The notes beneath the pieces were generated by a model. It was not told where the DNA came from. It searched no databases and was given only the letters and a program-made list of their open reading frames with translations. Positions 12,700-23,763 of a stretch of 64,000 nucleotides of DNA are shown here, in pieces (position 1 is the stretch's first letter; every line of letters starts with the position of its first letter). Source of the DNA: Zygnema circumcarinatum SAG 698-1b (lineage: Eukaryota > Plantae > Zygnematophyceae); the NCBI GenBank assembly GCA_037447605.1, contig CM074805.1, positions 4,745,361-4,809,360 on the forward strand. The letters run 5' to 3'. A program made the position numbers and the translations under genes.

Positions 12700-12870
12700 T
12701 GTTGTTCTTTGTGACCGATGGCTCCACGTGGTTTCTCTTCGCTCCTCGTGGTTTTTCTTCGCTTTTCGTGGTTTCTCTTTGCTCCTCGTGGTTTCTTTTT
12801 TCCATGTTGTTGGTTTTCTCCATGTACATTTGATGGCATCGCCATCGTCAGATCAATGCAAACTTTTCAA
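12700..12870 (+). repeat. Short dispersed repeat with a hairpin, copy 1
   Basis: TCCATGTACATTTGATGGCATCGCCATCGTCAG (12819-12851) matches 26106-26138 with 2 mismatches; weaker similarity extends on both sides. Confidence 0.75.
12727..12806. repeat. 20-bp minisatellite, 4 degenerate copies (CGTGGTTTCTCTTCGCTCCT)
   Basis: Units start at 12727, 12747, 12767 and 12787. Confidence 0.9.
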
Positions 12871-13709
12871 ATTTCTAATCACCATTTGGACGTGCCCCAA
12901 TTCCCTGGTACTAACCCACAAACCAACTAACCAAGATCATCATCTCAAGTTTCCGATCACAAAACTGAACCCCAATCAATAGCAAAAACCGTGGTGGCGT
13001 CACTTGACGTCATCAGGTTGCAAACCTGGCTTCGAATGTGCGTCATAAAGGGGGTAAACCACCCAATTATTATTTTTGAACCCTCCTCCACATGGGGCAT
13101 AAATGGGGAATAGCGCCCAGGACGAACCGAAAAGTCAGCAAAAACGGCTATAAACCAAACCGCGGCCAGCGATGTGGGCCCCACAGAGCGTCCGTTGACC
13201 AAATGGCAGTCAACGCCTGATTGTGTGACTCTTGGGTCTCTCCACAGCAGCCATTGGAAGGCATGCAGGGCAGCCATGGCTGCTGCAGGACTGGCGCCGG
13301 TCGGCCGTCTTTTTGGCGAACATATGGATAGAGGTGGAGAAGGAGAAAATATTGCGGCTGATGGTCAAGTCGGAATCAAGCAGCTGAATCAGATTGTGCT
13401 TTTTCTGCCGTGACTTACTCTTAAAAACATGCTGATTAGGGTTTTGCAAAACTTGGTGAAAATGCACAACAGCTCGCTGCTGCCGTGCTTGATCAATCCT
13501 CGCAGCATGAAGATTTTCTGCTCACATACTCTTTTCCTTAAAGTCTAAGTCGGACCGCAGGTTATGGCTGGTGGAACTTCTTTTTAGTTTCTGTATTTCT
13601 GCTGATCCTCTTCAGAAGAGAAGCATGTGGCTGCTGTCAGAGGCGGGTGCGCGAACTCGCTCTCAAAATCCTCTTGGCCGCTGAGGTATCCCTTTGTAGT
13701 CATGCAAAC

Positions 13710-16700
13710 ATGAAACAGTGGAGAAAGCTTACTGGTACGGCGGCTTCCAAAGGGAAGCCGCCCTTGCAGATTGTTGTGCCTCCACAGTCACAGCCCTCTG
13801 CTCAACAGAATGCTCCAGCTATTGGCCCCCCTTCCCTGCCACCTCCACCTTCAGTCCCGCCTGAAGGCCTGACTGGGGAAGACTCTATCGAGGATGAGTT
13901 TAGGCGTGGAATGCAGGTAAAGATTATAGGAACGCTGGTGACATTTACAAAGGCTCAGCATGGAAGAAGTTTGTTATCCCATGCAGCATTTGTCTGTGTA
14001 CGGCTTGTTCGTGCTCATTTGCAACCGTAGGGTAGTCTTACTATGTGGTACATGCATTTTGTCTCGGTATATTGTTTACTGCACGGAAAATTTTGCACAA
14101 TGCCGCCTTCATTCCGTCGAAATTCTTGTTAAGTTATATCAAATTGAGACAGTACGTGCAATGTGGAGGTGACATGACACAAACGGGGGTGGAAATACTG
14201 CAGGAGGTACAAGTAATGCGCGACAAATACGATGGCCTCCTCAAAGCTGCTCATACAGTTCAAAAGTCCGCCACTAGTAAGTTTATCCTGATAGGCGTTT
14301 GTGAATAATACTATGTCTTCGGTCTATGAATGAGTTCTCGACATTTTGCACCATCAATTGACTAGCTTCCTCCCTCTTGCACCCTTGATAGACCAGGGAC
14401 AGCTACGTTATTGACATTCTATAGAGCTTAAATGCCGAGGAGAATCGAGGCATGGATACTTTTTGTCGAAAGAATTTTCCGTAAGAGTCGGGCTCGAAGG
14501 TCTCACGCACTTGCGTTGGATCAGAGGAAGTGCGCCTGTAGAGCCTATTGTTCTCCATAGCTACTGCTGATTTCCATGGCCACATAGGACTTTAACTTAA
14601 GGTTTGATTGCTCACATCTTTTAGTGAACTTGCAGGATTTTGAAACGTTTGTTTAAATGCATCAGAAAAAATTTGAATACATCCTTCCAGCACAGCAATA
14701 ATTTTGTATTTAAGTATCCTCTGTAGGATTGTACCTGAACCAATGATGCCAATATGCAGCGGTTTTTTCTCTTGTGTGGGTGTGCCTGCAGGCTTCTCTG
14801 AGGCGTTTGAGGAGTTATCAGCTTATTTGGCAGACAACTTTGGAGTTCAAGAGGGCGATATAGGAGATGTGTTCCTCAGTGCTTCTCGTGTGGAGGAGGG
14901 CATAGCGCAACTCTTCAAGATATATGTGCGAAATACACTAACACTTCCTTTCTCATGATGAGAGCACTCGCAGCGCTTTTTGCATAGCTTGTCATTGGCA
15001 GGATGACCTATAAGCGATAGGCTTGTGCGCCATTTTTAAAGTTGCTTGTCAACTCGTTCTCTCTAGCAATTCTAGATATTGAGTGCCTGTTTGAGGTGAA
15101 GTTGTCAGAAGTGCGAGATCTCTGACTCATATTTTTTTTTTTATGGCGCTGTAGGGCGCACATGTGAAACAAACAATATCCACTCCAACTGAGAATCTTC
15201 TCAAGGATTTGGAGCAAGTGGAGGTGTGTTTCCCTTAGGAACAATGAGGCACACATGCTGCGCTTATTTTTTAAATGCCTCTCTTCTCTTTGAGCATCTC
15301 GTCCTCAAACTGGCAGTCCTTGAAGTTGGTGAATGGCTCAATATTTTGGCTGTCAATGATTTTTTCTTTTCCTTTTTGCCTGCGCAGGAAACCAAAAAGC
15401 AATACGAGGAAAAAAGGTAAGGTTTATTTATACTGCTGCTGACTCTATAGCATTGTATTCTCTTGAACAGTGTTGACATGTTGCTCAATTATTGATACTG
15501 TTCTAGTAAATTCTCGACAATCGAGTGGAGGTGGGTCGACGTACAGCAAAAACATCAGTAATGAATTATGATTCAGGAAAGAAACTAGTCCAGATGTCCT
15601 TGGAGCAGGACGATTTATGTATTGCTGTCTCAGGCTGAAGAGAAGTACTTCACTAACCTTGTCTTATTGAAGAGGAGCATGATTGCTGACCAGTTTTATT
15701 TCATAGCGGACGAGCATTTTAGGGCTTTATGGTGTATAAACGAGCTCCCTTTTTTTCCAAAGCTCCTCGTTGAGGCCACGGATGGGTTTCGGTGCTTGTC
15801 CCATATACACCAATAAATTAGGCTAAAAACTAAATGGGCGGAGTAACCTGCGCGTTAACCTGCCTTTCTGTGCATAATTGACTTTATACGGCTAGCTTGT
15901 CTACTTTGAAGATCGGCTATATAGTAAAGCATGAAGACTTTGGCTGTATGTTTTTAAGGGGAAATGTATTGGAGTGACAAAATGTCATAGCGTTTAGTCA
16001 GCGACGAGGTTCCTTTTTTTTGCAGGGAAACTGATCTCCCCATCTAAAAATATGCTTTCCTGCTTTTCATATTTTAGAGGCGGATCCGGTGACAGTGTTA
16101 CCACTGCTATTACGGTCTTTGGACTATGTCAGAACAGGCTGTAGTAAGTGTTTAGCCTATTGTAATTTACACCATCTTCGCTAGCGAAATATGATTCAGT
16201 ATGATTCACTCGTTGGTGAAACTCTCCAGCCAGTGGGTACCAGGAATTGTTTCTGCGCCCTCTAATTTTATCGTGAACATGTGGTGACCTTGATGTTCAG
16301 GCATGCTTATGAACAAAAGCTGCTAGCAGCTAAGATCCGGTTGAAGAATGGAAAATCCGATGTAGATTTACCTGGAAAAGAAGAGTTTGATGAGATTGCG
16401 ATGACGCTTGGGTGCCGTCTCCTATCTTTGGAACAGCGACGACCTCGCAGCCTCTTGACACAGCTTGTCCGCCATCACTTTGCGCAGGTTAGTGTACTAA
16501 CTGTACGTAACAGGGTCATGCAACTTTTTGCTGTAGAACCTCTTGTCCCTCCAGTCATTTGGTAGACACATCCTGGACAGCTGAGTCAGCGGAAAATTTC
16601 TAAACTTTGATCTGATGTGTCGCGTTGCTGTTTAGCTGATCGAATTTTGCAGTATTGGCGCTTCTGGGCAAGAGATAAGCGTATGACTATTTCTGAACAA

Positions 16701-19002
16701 ATCGTTGTTCTAAAGTCTCGTGCTGTTGTGGTGGACGTTGTTACCTTCTACATGCATACTTCCTTCAGTTTTCTTACTCCAGCCAGTTTTGTGCAGATTC
16801 GTCTTTTCAAAAGAAGTCTACAGAAACTCCTAGCAATGGAAGCAACAGTACAGCGTGTGGTGCGAGAGAAGAATATTTCGAGAACACTTCAACCGACAGA
16901 GTGGGAAGCTGATGAGGAAGGGAATCAGGAAGAGGAAGTTGAAGAAGAGAGCGAAGACGAAGAACAGGATGCAGATGAAGATGAAGATGAAGACCTTTCT
17001 AGCAACACTACTAGTGAACCTCTGTCAAGTCAAGTACGTCAAGTTTGGGCAATCTTTGAGTTGAATGAAGAAGGGTTAGGGTCCTCAAGTTTAGGATAGC
17101 CTGTCTAATTTATGACTGGGAAGGGCTGAGGTAAGATGTCCATTGTGCATAATCTTCAACATCTTGGGATTTGAAAACGAGCTTTCAATGTAGGGAAACA
17201 ATGCTGAATCCGTTAACATGGAAAGGTGAGATTCTGCATGTTACTCACTTTCGTATCGAGTTGGGAAAATGATTGCAGGGTATGGCGTCGTTGGCTCCTA
17301 GTGGAGATCTGTCAGTTGATACGACCGCCCCAGTCTTGGCAGAGGTAGTGTCTGCTCATCATGCTGTCAATGTCATCGTAATATAATCGATCCAACGAGT
17401 AATTCGAGCTGTCAACTCGACGTTATGTCTTACTTTCTCGCTGAGGATTGTCTTAAAAATGTATTTGTAATGTCATTTGCACAAGCTATGGCAAAGTCCA
17501 CTGCACAGTTTGTTAGGAGGTGGTCAAACTGTGATGCCAAAGTAATGTACAGATGCCGAAAAAATGTGCGACAGTCACAAAGTCACACTGACTCAATTGT
17601 AGGGGTACCTTTGGGAATTGTGAATTTACAGCTTCAAGAACTCCCGAAGGAGATGCCGGTCGAATGGAGCACTCTTCTTTCCAGCTTGGATCAGACCCTC
17701 AAGGGCATGGGTGTGGAGACTATGGATGTAGGAGATGCTGTATTTGCCATGAATGCAGTTCTCTCAGCAGCTGCACATTCTGGGAAGGAGGCAGTTGTTC
17801 TGCGGAAGTCCCGGAGCCTTCATGGTAGCTACTCAGCTCCTCTTTCCCAGGACGGCTTTTCACTGAGTACCCATCTGGGTACGAAGAAGACAGAGACGCC
17901 ACTTTTTCAGCCAAGCGCACCTGAGCTGGCCAGGCGCCTTCCTCGAGGATATGGTGCGGCTCCTGTTGGCACTGCAGCGTATCATGTCACTCTTCCTCCA
18001 TCTAACCCGTCAGGGGGTTCTGCAACTGCTAATGCTGGCATTAATCTGACTGCGAATACTGGCAGTGCAGCCATCGCACGTGCACCTAACTCTAGGCCAA
18101 ACTCAGTGAGTATGTCTGGGCCGCTACCTCAACCACCACTTTTAGATCCCGTCTTACAGAGATCAGCAGGGCAGCCGTATTCAGCCCCACATTTCCCAAC
18201 TGGCCTTTCTGCTCCAGGCTACGGTCGTAGCAGATATGTCAGTAGGTCAGGGCCCATACCATCGCCTCTAGGCTCGCACCCTCGGGTGGGTTCCATTACT
18301 GTTCCACCCTTTGCTGTGAACATGTCAGGGCCACTACCAAGCCCCTCCGCAGTGGAAAGGGCCGGCGCCAAGGAGCGAACGAGTGGTCCAAGCTTTGCGA
18401 TACCACTTTCTAATGATTCACAACACAGCAGTCCTCAATGGCACAGCAGTAGTGGTTTGCGAGAGATTGCTGGAAGTACAAAAATATCGCGTCCGCGATA
18501 CTACAGTGGACCCCTGGACTCTAGCAGCCTAATATATGGAACCCGAGCAGGCTCCATAGGAACCAACCCTGCTCGTCGTGCAGAACCTTTATATAAGTCG
18601 GGTCCCATCGCAAGGTCTCCACTTGGCAGCATCACCTCGCCGTCTTCATCCCCTCCTCGCATTTCAGAGTTGTACTTATTACCGCCTCCTCCTTTAAACT
18701 CCTCACCTGGCTCCTCGCATGTTTCTCCCTCTCCCTCTACCATGTCACTTTCTACGTCATATTCTGCCCCTGTACTGAAAGCTCCTCCAGGTGTAGCTGC
18801 ACCCCTTCCTCTCCCAACCCCTAACGAAACTAGCAGGAATTCATCTCTCATTTTTCCTTCAACAAATAAGCCTGTTAGTCGAACCTTTAATACATCGAAA
18901 CGGCCATCTGTGCCAACAATTCTTTCAGAAGGCAGTGAAGAAGGGGAGTCGCCTCGTCCCAGCAGCTCGCCGGTATGTGGCTCCTTTCCTCCTAAGGGTT
19001 AG
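13710..19002 (+). CDS. BAR-like domain plus Pro/Ser-rich tail; At2g33490/At5g41100-type 'hydroxyproline-rich glycoprotein family' protein
   Basis: Exons include 13710-13916, 14153-14276, 14792-14925 and final exon 17632-19002. Family motifs: VMRDKYDGLLKAA, TISTPTENLLKDLEQVEETKKQYEEKR, RLLSLEQRRPRSLLTQLVRHHFAQ, acidic linker, repeated SGP[L/I], SPPRISELYLLPPPP. Confidence 0.85.
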
Positions 19003-19418
19003 GCACGGAGGCTGGCTGTTCTGTACAATTATTATGTAATGACCAGCCTAAGTTATCTAAAATTTGTGAAGGTGCAAGGAGCCTGTAACAATGGATTTTC
19101 ATCTCACAGCTTGAAATTTTATTTCTACATCACAAGTGTTTTTTTTTTTTTTCTTAAATCGAGCGTGACCTTCCCTCCACCATTGGAATAGTGTTGTCGA
19201 TACTTAATTCCAGTCGCTCGATCACAAGAATCAATGTCAATGAACACTTAAAGATTCACACAACCAGCTGTGCACATCCCGTAGAGACACTTCCCAAGTA
19301 TACGTTGCACTTCTATATGTCCCTACCCTTCTCCTCTTCCTCCTCTTGACTTCTCGTCTCGTTGATTGCGCTTTCTCTCTTTGCCTGATGCGTGTTTTGT
19401 CTTACACATGCTGTGCAG

Positions 19419-19778
19419 CGACTCTTTCGAAGTGTATCGTTATCTTCTACAGAGAGTGGGGCTTCGACGGTTGCTCCACTACGAGGGGAGGAGCTCTCCT
19501 TCGCCCGCACTTTTGACAGGCAGAGTGGAAGTCTGCGCTCGGCATCAGGGCGCTTGGGCAGCTCAGCTTCATCGGTGCCCATGCGCCTTGCTGGCGAGCG
19601 AAGCACAGTGCAAAGTGAGTGGGTTCATTCTCACATAGTCTTTTTAGGTCTTAAGGATTTAAAATGTTTCCTTTGGCTTCTACGGTCTTAACTTTCCTTG
19701 ACATTTAATCCGGTTAGCTAGTCTCTCTTAATCTGCTTTTGGGTTTGACTCGAATTCTGCACGGCTGTTTCTCTCCCC

Positions 19779-19833
<55 letters not shown>

Positions 19834-21743
19834 TCTCACTCATGCACACACACACTCTGGGGGGGAGCTGCAGCCTTGGATGGAAACCAACGTGAGCAGT
19901 TACTGGCACAAGTGAGCCGGGAAGACTTCCAGTGGCGGTGGCTGAGTGACGACAGGCCCAACAGTGTGGCCACAGTGCCTGTCTGGACGGGCATGCCACC
20001 TCCCGCAAAGGAAGCTTTTCTCAAAACACTCGCTTCGGCTGTACTCACTCGAAGGAGTGTGGACGGGCAGTCCCAAACTGTGGAGGCAGGAGCCATTGCA
20101 GAGCTCATCAACAGCAGATAAGCGACCTCTCATCGCTGCCCCAATCACCACCTTTCCTTCAAATGCACTTGTTTTTAACAGTTGCTTTCGGGTATATAGT
20201 TCAAAATAAGGGGCCGTCTGCTGTCGAGGCTTAAGACACTGGAGGGTACGGCGGGGATAGGAAGTCATTGTGTATCATGGAAAGGGGTTGGGCCAGTAGA
20301 AAGCGAGCGTAGGAATGGGAGGGAGGACCGGGTGAGGTTCCGCCTTCTTTAGTAGTAGTAGTGGCCGTACTGCGGAAAGCTCTTCCTTAGAGCGCCTCAA
20401 TGCAATGATTTCCTCATGCTCATCGCCTGATAGTCGATGTACAAACAGGAATGGGAACATGGGAAAGTTTTGTTGTTGAGGATGGAGGGTAGCCTTGAAG
20501 GGATGGTGACATGGGAAGCAATGTATGGTGCCTCCATCTTAGTATGGCATTGGAATGAATCTGGACGAACTGTGTAGCCAGGTTCATTAGCGGCATAAGC
20601 ACGCAGGTAGGTGATGAGCTCGGCGACCGTAAGAGTATGAATGCAGACGACTTTTAAAATGACGGCACATTCCTTGTCCACTGTTCGCTCTGCATAAGCA
20701 CAGGATTTGCTTGGTAAGCTCAAGCTGCGCACTGCAAGGGCTCTCTGGCTTCACCAGAAAGCATAATGCCTCTGAGCCGAGCAATTTCAGAGGTTATGTG
20801 GCTGTGTTGGCATGTGATGTAGCAGAGCGATAATGATGTTGCACATCATTCTTGGTCATGGTCAACAGGATTGGTCATGCATCCTGAGATATGCGTGAGT
20901 CTGTTGAACGGATTTTGTGTGCCTTGTGCTTGTTTTGTCGTGCAATGTGTATGTACTCTGCCTGAAACGTACTTTCCTTAGGCGAAGCGCAGGTATGAGC
21001 ACATCTTAGATAGTGAATTTATGCTGCTATTTATGCTTTTCGGCTTCTAGAAACTGAAAGAACTCCAATCTTTATCCGCGTAGAAGCTTCTAGTCAACAC
21101 TCAACAACCTGCTGGTTTAACCAGCGGACCATTAGCCACCAACCGCCACTTCTATTGTGATAATAATTCGATTTTTGCCAGTTCTCTTAACTCTTTCAAC
21201 AGACAAAAAGCATTCCATTAAGCGATGTTCCTAACAGGATTGTCAACTTCAGACAAGGTTCACACTTGAAATTCGAATCCGTACATGCTCATAAAAATTA
21301 TTAACAACGAAATTAAACGCACTTTCTCCAGAACTATAATCCCCCTGGATTCGTAAAGTCTACGACCCCCTACTGCCTGCGAAAGTGCTCATCTCTTGTC
21401 TGCACTTCCTAGACTCGACTTAACTTTAGGGCATGTTCTATGGCGACTTCAAACATGTCAGGCTTAACAAAATCAAATGGGAGATGCTTCTCCACCATTA
21501 CTGAAGTCACCTTTATACGGAGCACTCTTTTGCAGGCGTATTGCGATGCCCCCAGAGTACCGTACTCGTTTCGTATCAGAGAGACATTTCCTCGTGAAAA
21601 CTAGCATTTTGTGACTTTCTCAAGGTTTTGTTAGAGAAAGCGTAGCATTCGAAATTCAGCTTTCAATCAATTTTTTTTGCCTGTTTCAAACAGAGCTTCT
21701 GCTTTGCAACTGTCCCGTTCACCTTGACAAGCCTAACGCCTGA
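19419..21743 (+). CDS. Probable unresolved multi-exon gene with LRR-like fragments
   Basis: Plus-strand acceptors at 19418, 20181, 20981, 21050, 21412, 21535 and 21693 (most with pyrimidine-rich context) and GTRAG/GTAGG/GTATG donors. Fragments include SSLERLN, KLKELQSLS and LLLCNCP. I could not close a full in-frame chain, and minus-strand ORFs also exist. Confidence 0.3.
19770..19855. repeat. Compound (CT)n(CA)n microsatellite
   Basis: Seen directly. Confidence 0.9.
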
Positions 21744-22059
21744 TAGGCACCCCACCAAAAAAAAAAAAAAACAAGAAAGAGAGGAGGGGAAGGGGAGGGG
21801 CAGGGGCAAAGGCAGGGGCAGGGGGGGAGGCGAGGGGGAGGGGCAGGGGGAGGGGGAGGGGGAGGGGGGAGTGGGGGGGGGGAGGGGGAGGTGGGGCGGG
21901 GAGGGATTGGGAGCACTACTGCACAACAGCAGAATTCGTGAAGTACTCCTCCTGCGCACTTGTCATGATCTCTTAAGAATGGGCTTGTACAGGATATCTC
22001 TAACGCAGAAGCCTGCTAAAGCAATCACCACAGGGTCCTGATAGAATGGAACTGGTCCT

Positions 22060-23008
22060 TCAGGACTGCCATCCTGGCATCCAGGTACCCTGGATACTCG
22101 GCCGCTGTGTGACATGGCGTGTTTTTAACTTTAGCACTTTCCTCCCCGTAGAGTTCCGAAGCTTCTGTGCATGCTCTTCTACTTCTACCACACTCTTATT
22201 CCGTAGATCGACGACCCGCTCAATACCATTAGCTGCACAAGATTCCGCAAGCACGTACCGAAGGTCAGCTTCATGCTTAGCAGCATTTAGAAAAAAAATG
22301 AACGCCTGCTTCAAGCCCTCCAATTTGAGAAAACGGCACAATAGGAAATGAGCAAAGCCAAGAGTGCATGGATGCGTACCAAACAAACCAATGAAGTGCG
22401 GATGCCTCCCACGGTGGAGAGTTGACTCAACGTCAAGCTGCGGGTTCAATGTTTTCCAGCCTTCCAACCTAGTTTCTAGGAATTCTCTGCATTCACACAA
22501 GCAGGATTCCATATACTCATTATCTAAATCGAGTCAAGATCCTAAAACCGGTCATGAATATTACAATGAAAGCATGTGTCAGGCATTTGCTTATAACTGA
22601 AAGGTCTCACAGTGATTCAGAAAGCAAATGCCTCACTAATCAACCATACGAAAATGCCAGCTAACAATACGGAAATTACAACAACAGCGAAAAAACAATC
22701 CAAGAAACTCCAAGAAAACTGAGCCGAAGAGGTAGAGATGTTTGGCGAAAAGGTGCAGCTTCTCTACGTCAAGTTGCAGTTAACTGTTGAGCATAATGGC
22801 TTCAAAAACATATGAGGCGCTCATGAGGCGCCTCGTTACACATTTGAGCACTTGAACAAACAAACGTTAAGAATTATGGGGCACACAAGAATGTGAGAGT
22901 ACGGCGAAACACCGGCAAGCTTACAGACCTGGCCCCTCTGCTGCTTCCTGATAGGTCGCAGAACTTGAGCACAAGCTTCTTCAACTGCCAAACGCCTCGC
23001 GTCGCCAT
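22060..23008 (-). CDS. MRPL43: Mitochondrial ribosomal protein L43 (yeast MRPL51; L51/S25/CI-B8 domain)
   Basis: Exons 23008-22929, 22486-22380, 22232-22060 give MATRGVWQLKKLVLKFCDLSGSSRGAREFLE...NPQLDV...RGRHPHFIGLFANGIERVVDLRNKS...LRNSTGRKVLKLKTRHVTQRPSIQGTW. Confidence 0.92.
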
Positions 23009-23507
23009 CCTCTCCCAACAACAATACTGATCTGATCGTCTCACACGTTCACCCTCGTCCTTCTTTCAGAACATGTTGCAAGCACACACCAAATGTTCAG
23101 CCTCGAACACAGCTCCTGCTGATATTGACACCGCTTTCTACTTTTCACCCGGTTTAGAATAAGCTGCTGGAGCCCCCTCCGAGAAGATTATGCAACCCGC
23201 CCCTTAACTGGTTTCTCTTTGTTCCTTCGCTTATTCCTAGTTCCGCCTCGGCTGGGCTGTGCGCACCTTCCTTAGTCACATTCATTCAAGACCCTCTCTT
23301 TCTCTCTCACTCTCTCTCTCTCCTCTCCCTCACTCTCTCACTTCCTCATATGCAAAGTAATTTACGCATTAAACTGCGCAATCTTCGTATCAGTATGGAG
23401 GAAAAAAGGAGGCAAAATTTCCACAAACGCGAAACCACAGAATCTCTTCAGCACACCTTTTAGGGTTCCAGTGCGCTTCGCTGTCGGGGCAAACGTCCAA
23501 TGGCAGA

Positions 23508-23745
23508 TTGCCACGTGTAAAAAATTGCGTACGTGGCAACTCGCGATTGGACGATGTTTTTAGCAAAGCTCAGAATTTTCTTTGCGAGGTCGAGCTTGCC
23601 ATTTGGAAGGGATCCAGACTGCCACGTGGACTGCCACGTGTCGCCTCCATACTCGTCCGAAAGCAGGCGGCTGCCACGTGTGGCTTCTCTGTGCTCGTGG
23701 ACAGCGGAGGGTTTAAGGGTTTGAAGGATTTATAGGGTTTAGGGT
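23508..23745. promoter_or_regulatory. Bidirectional MRPL43/NOPCHAP1 promoter with G-box/ABRE cluster and telo-boxes
   Basis: TGCCACGTG x4 (23509, 23620, 23632, 23672), ACGTGGC at 23531, TAGGGTTT 23733-23740, and AGGGTTT at 23708 and 23716. Confidence 0.7.
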
Positions 23746-23763
23746 TCTAGGGAGCTGCGGCCA

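Noticed and set aside
12727-12806. CRISPR-like periodic repeat
   Set aside because: Contiguous 20-bp units with no unique spacers, no cas genes, and a eukaryotic context.
14956-15125. Intronic box C (ATGATGA) ... box D (CTGA) snoRNA candidate
   Set aside because: No terminal stem and no recognisable rRNA-complementary guide; the motifs are expected by chance.
17425-17631. N-terminal part of the 525-aa ORF as coding sequence
   Set aside because: Donor CAA|GTACGT at 17034 and acceptor TTTACAG| at 17631 indicate intron; the ORF only extends upstream into it.
23700-23750. TTTAGGG-like repeats as interstitial telomere
   Set aside because: Only isolated or degenerate copies near gene starts; better explained as telo-boxes.
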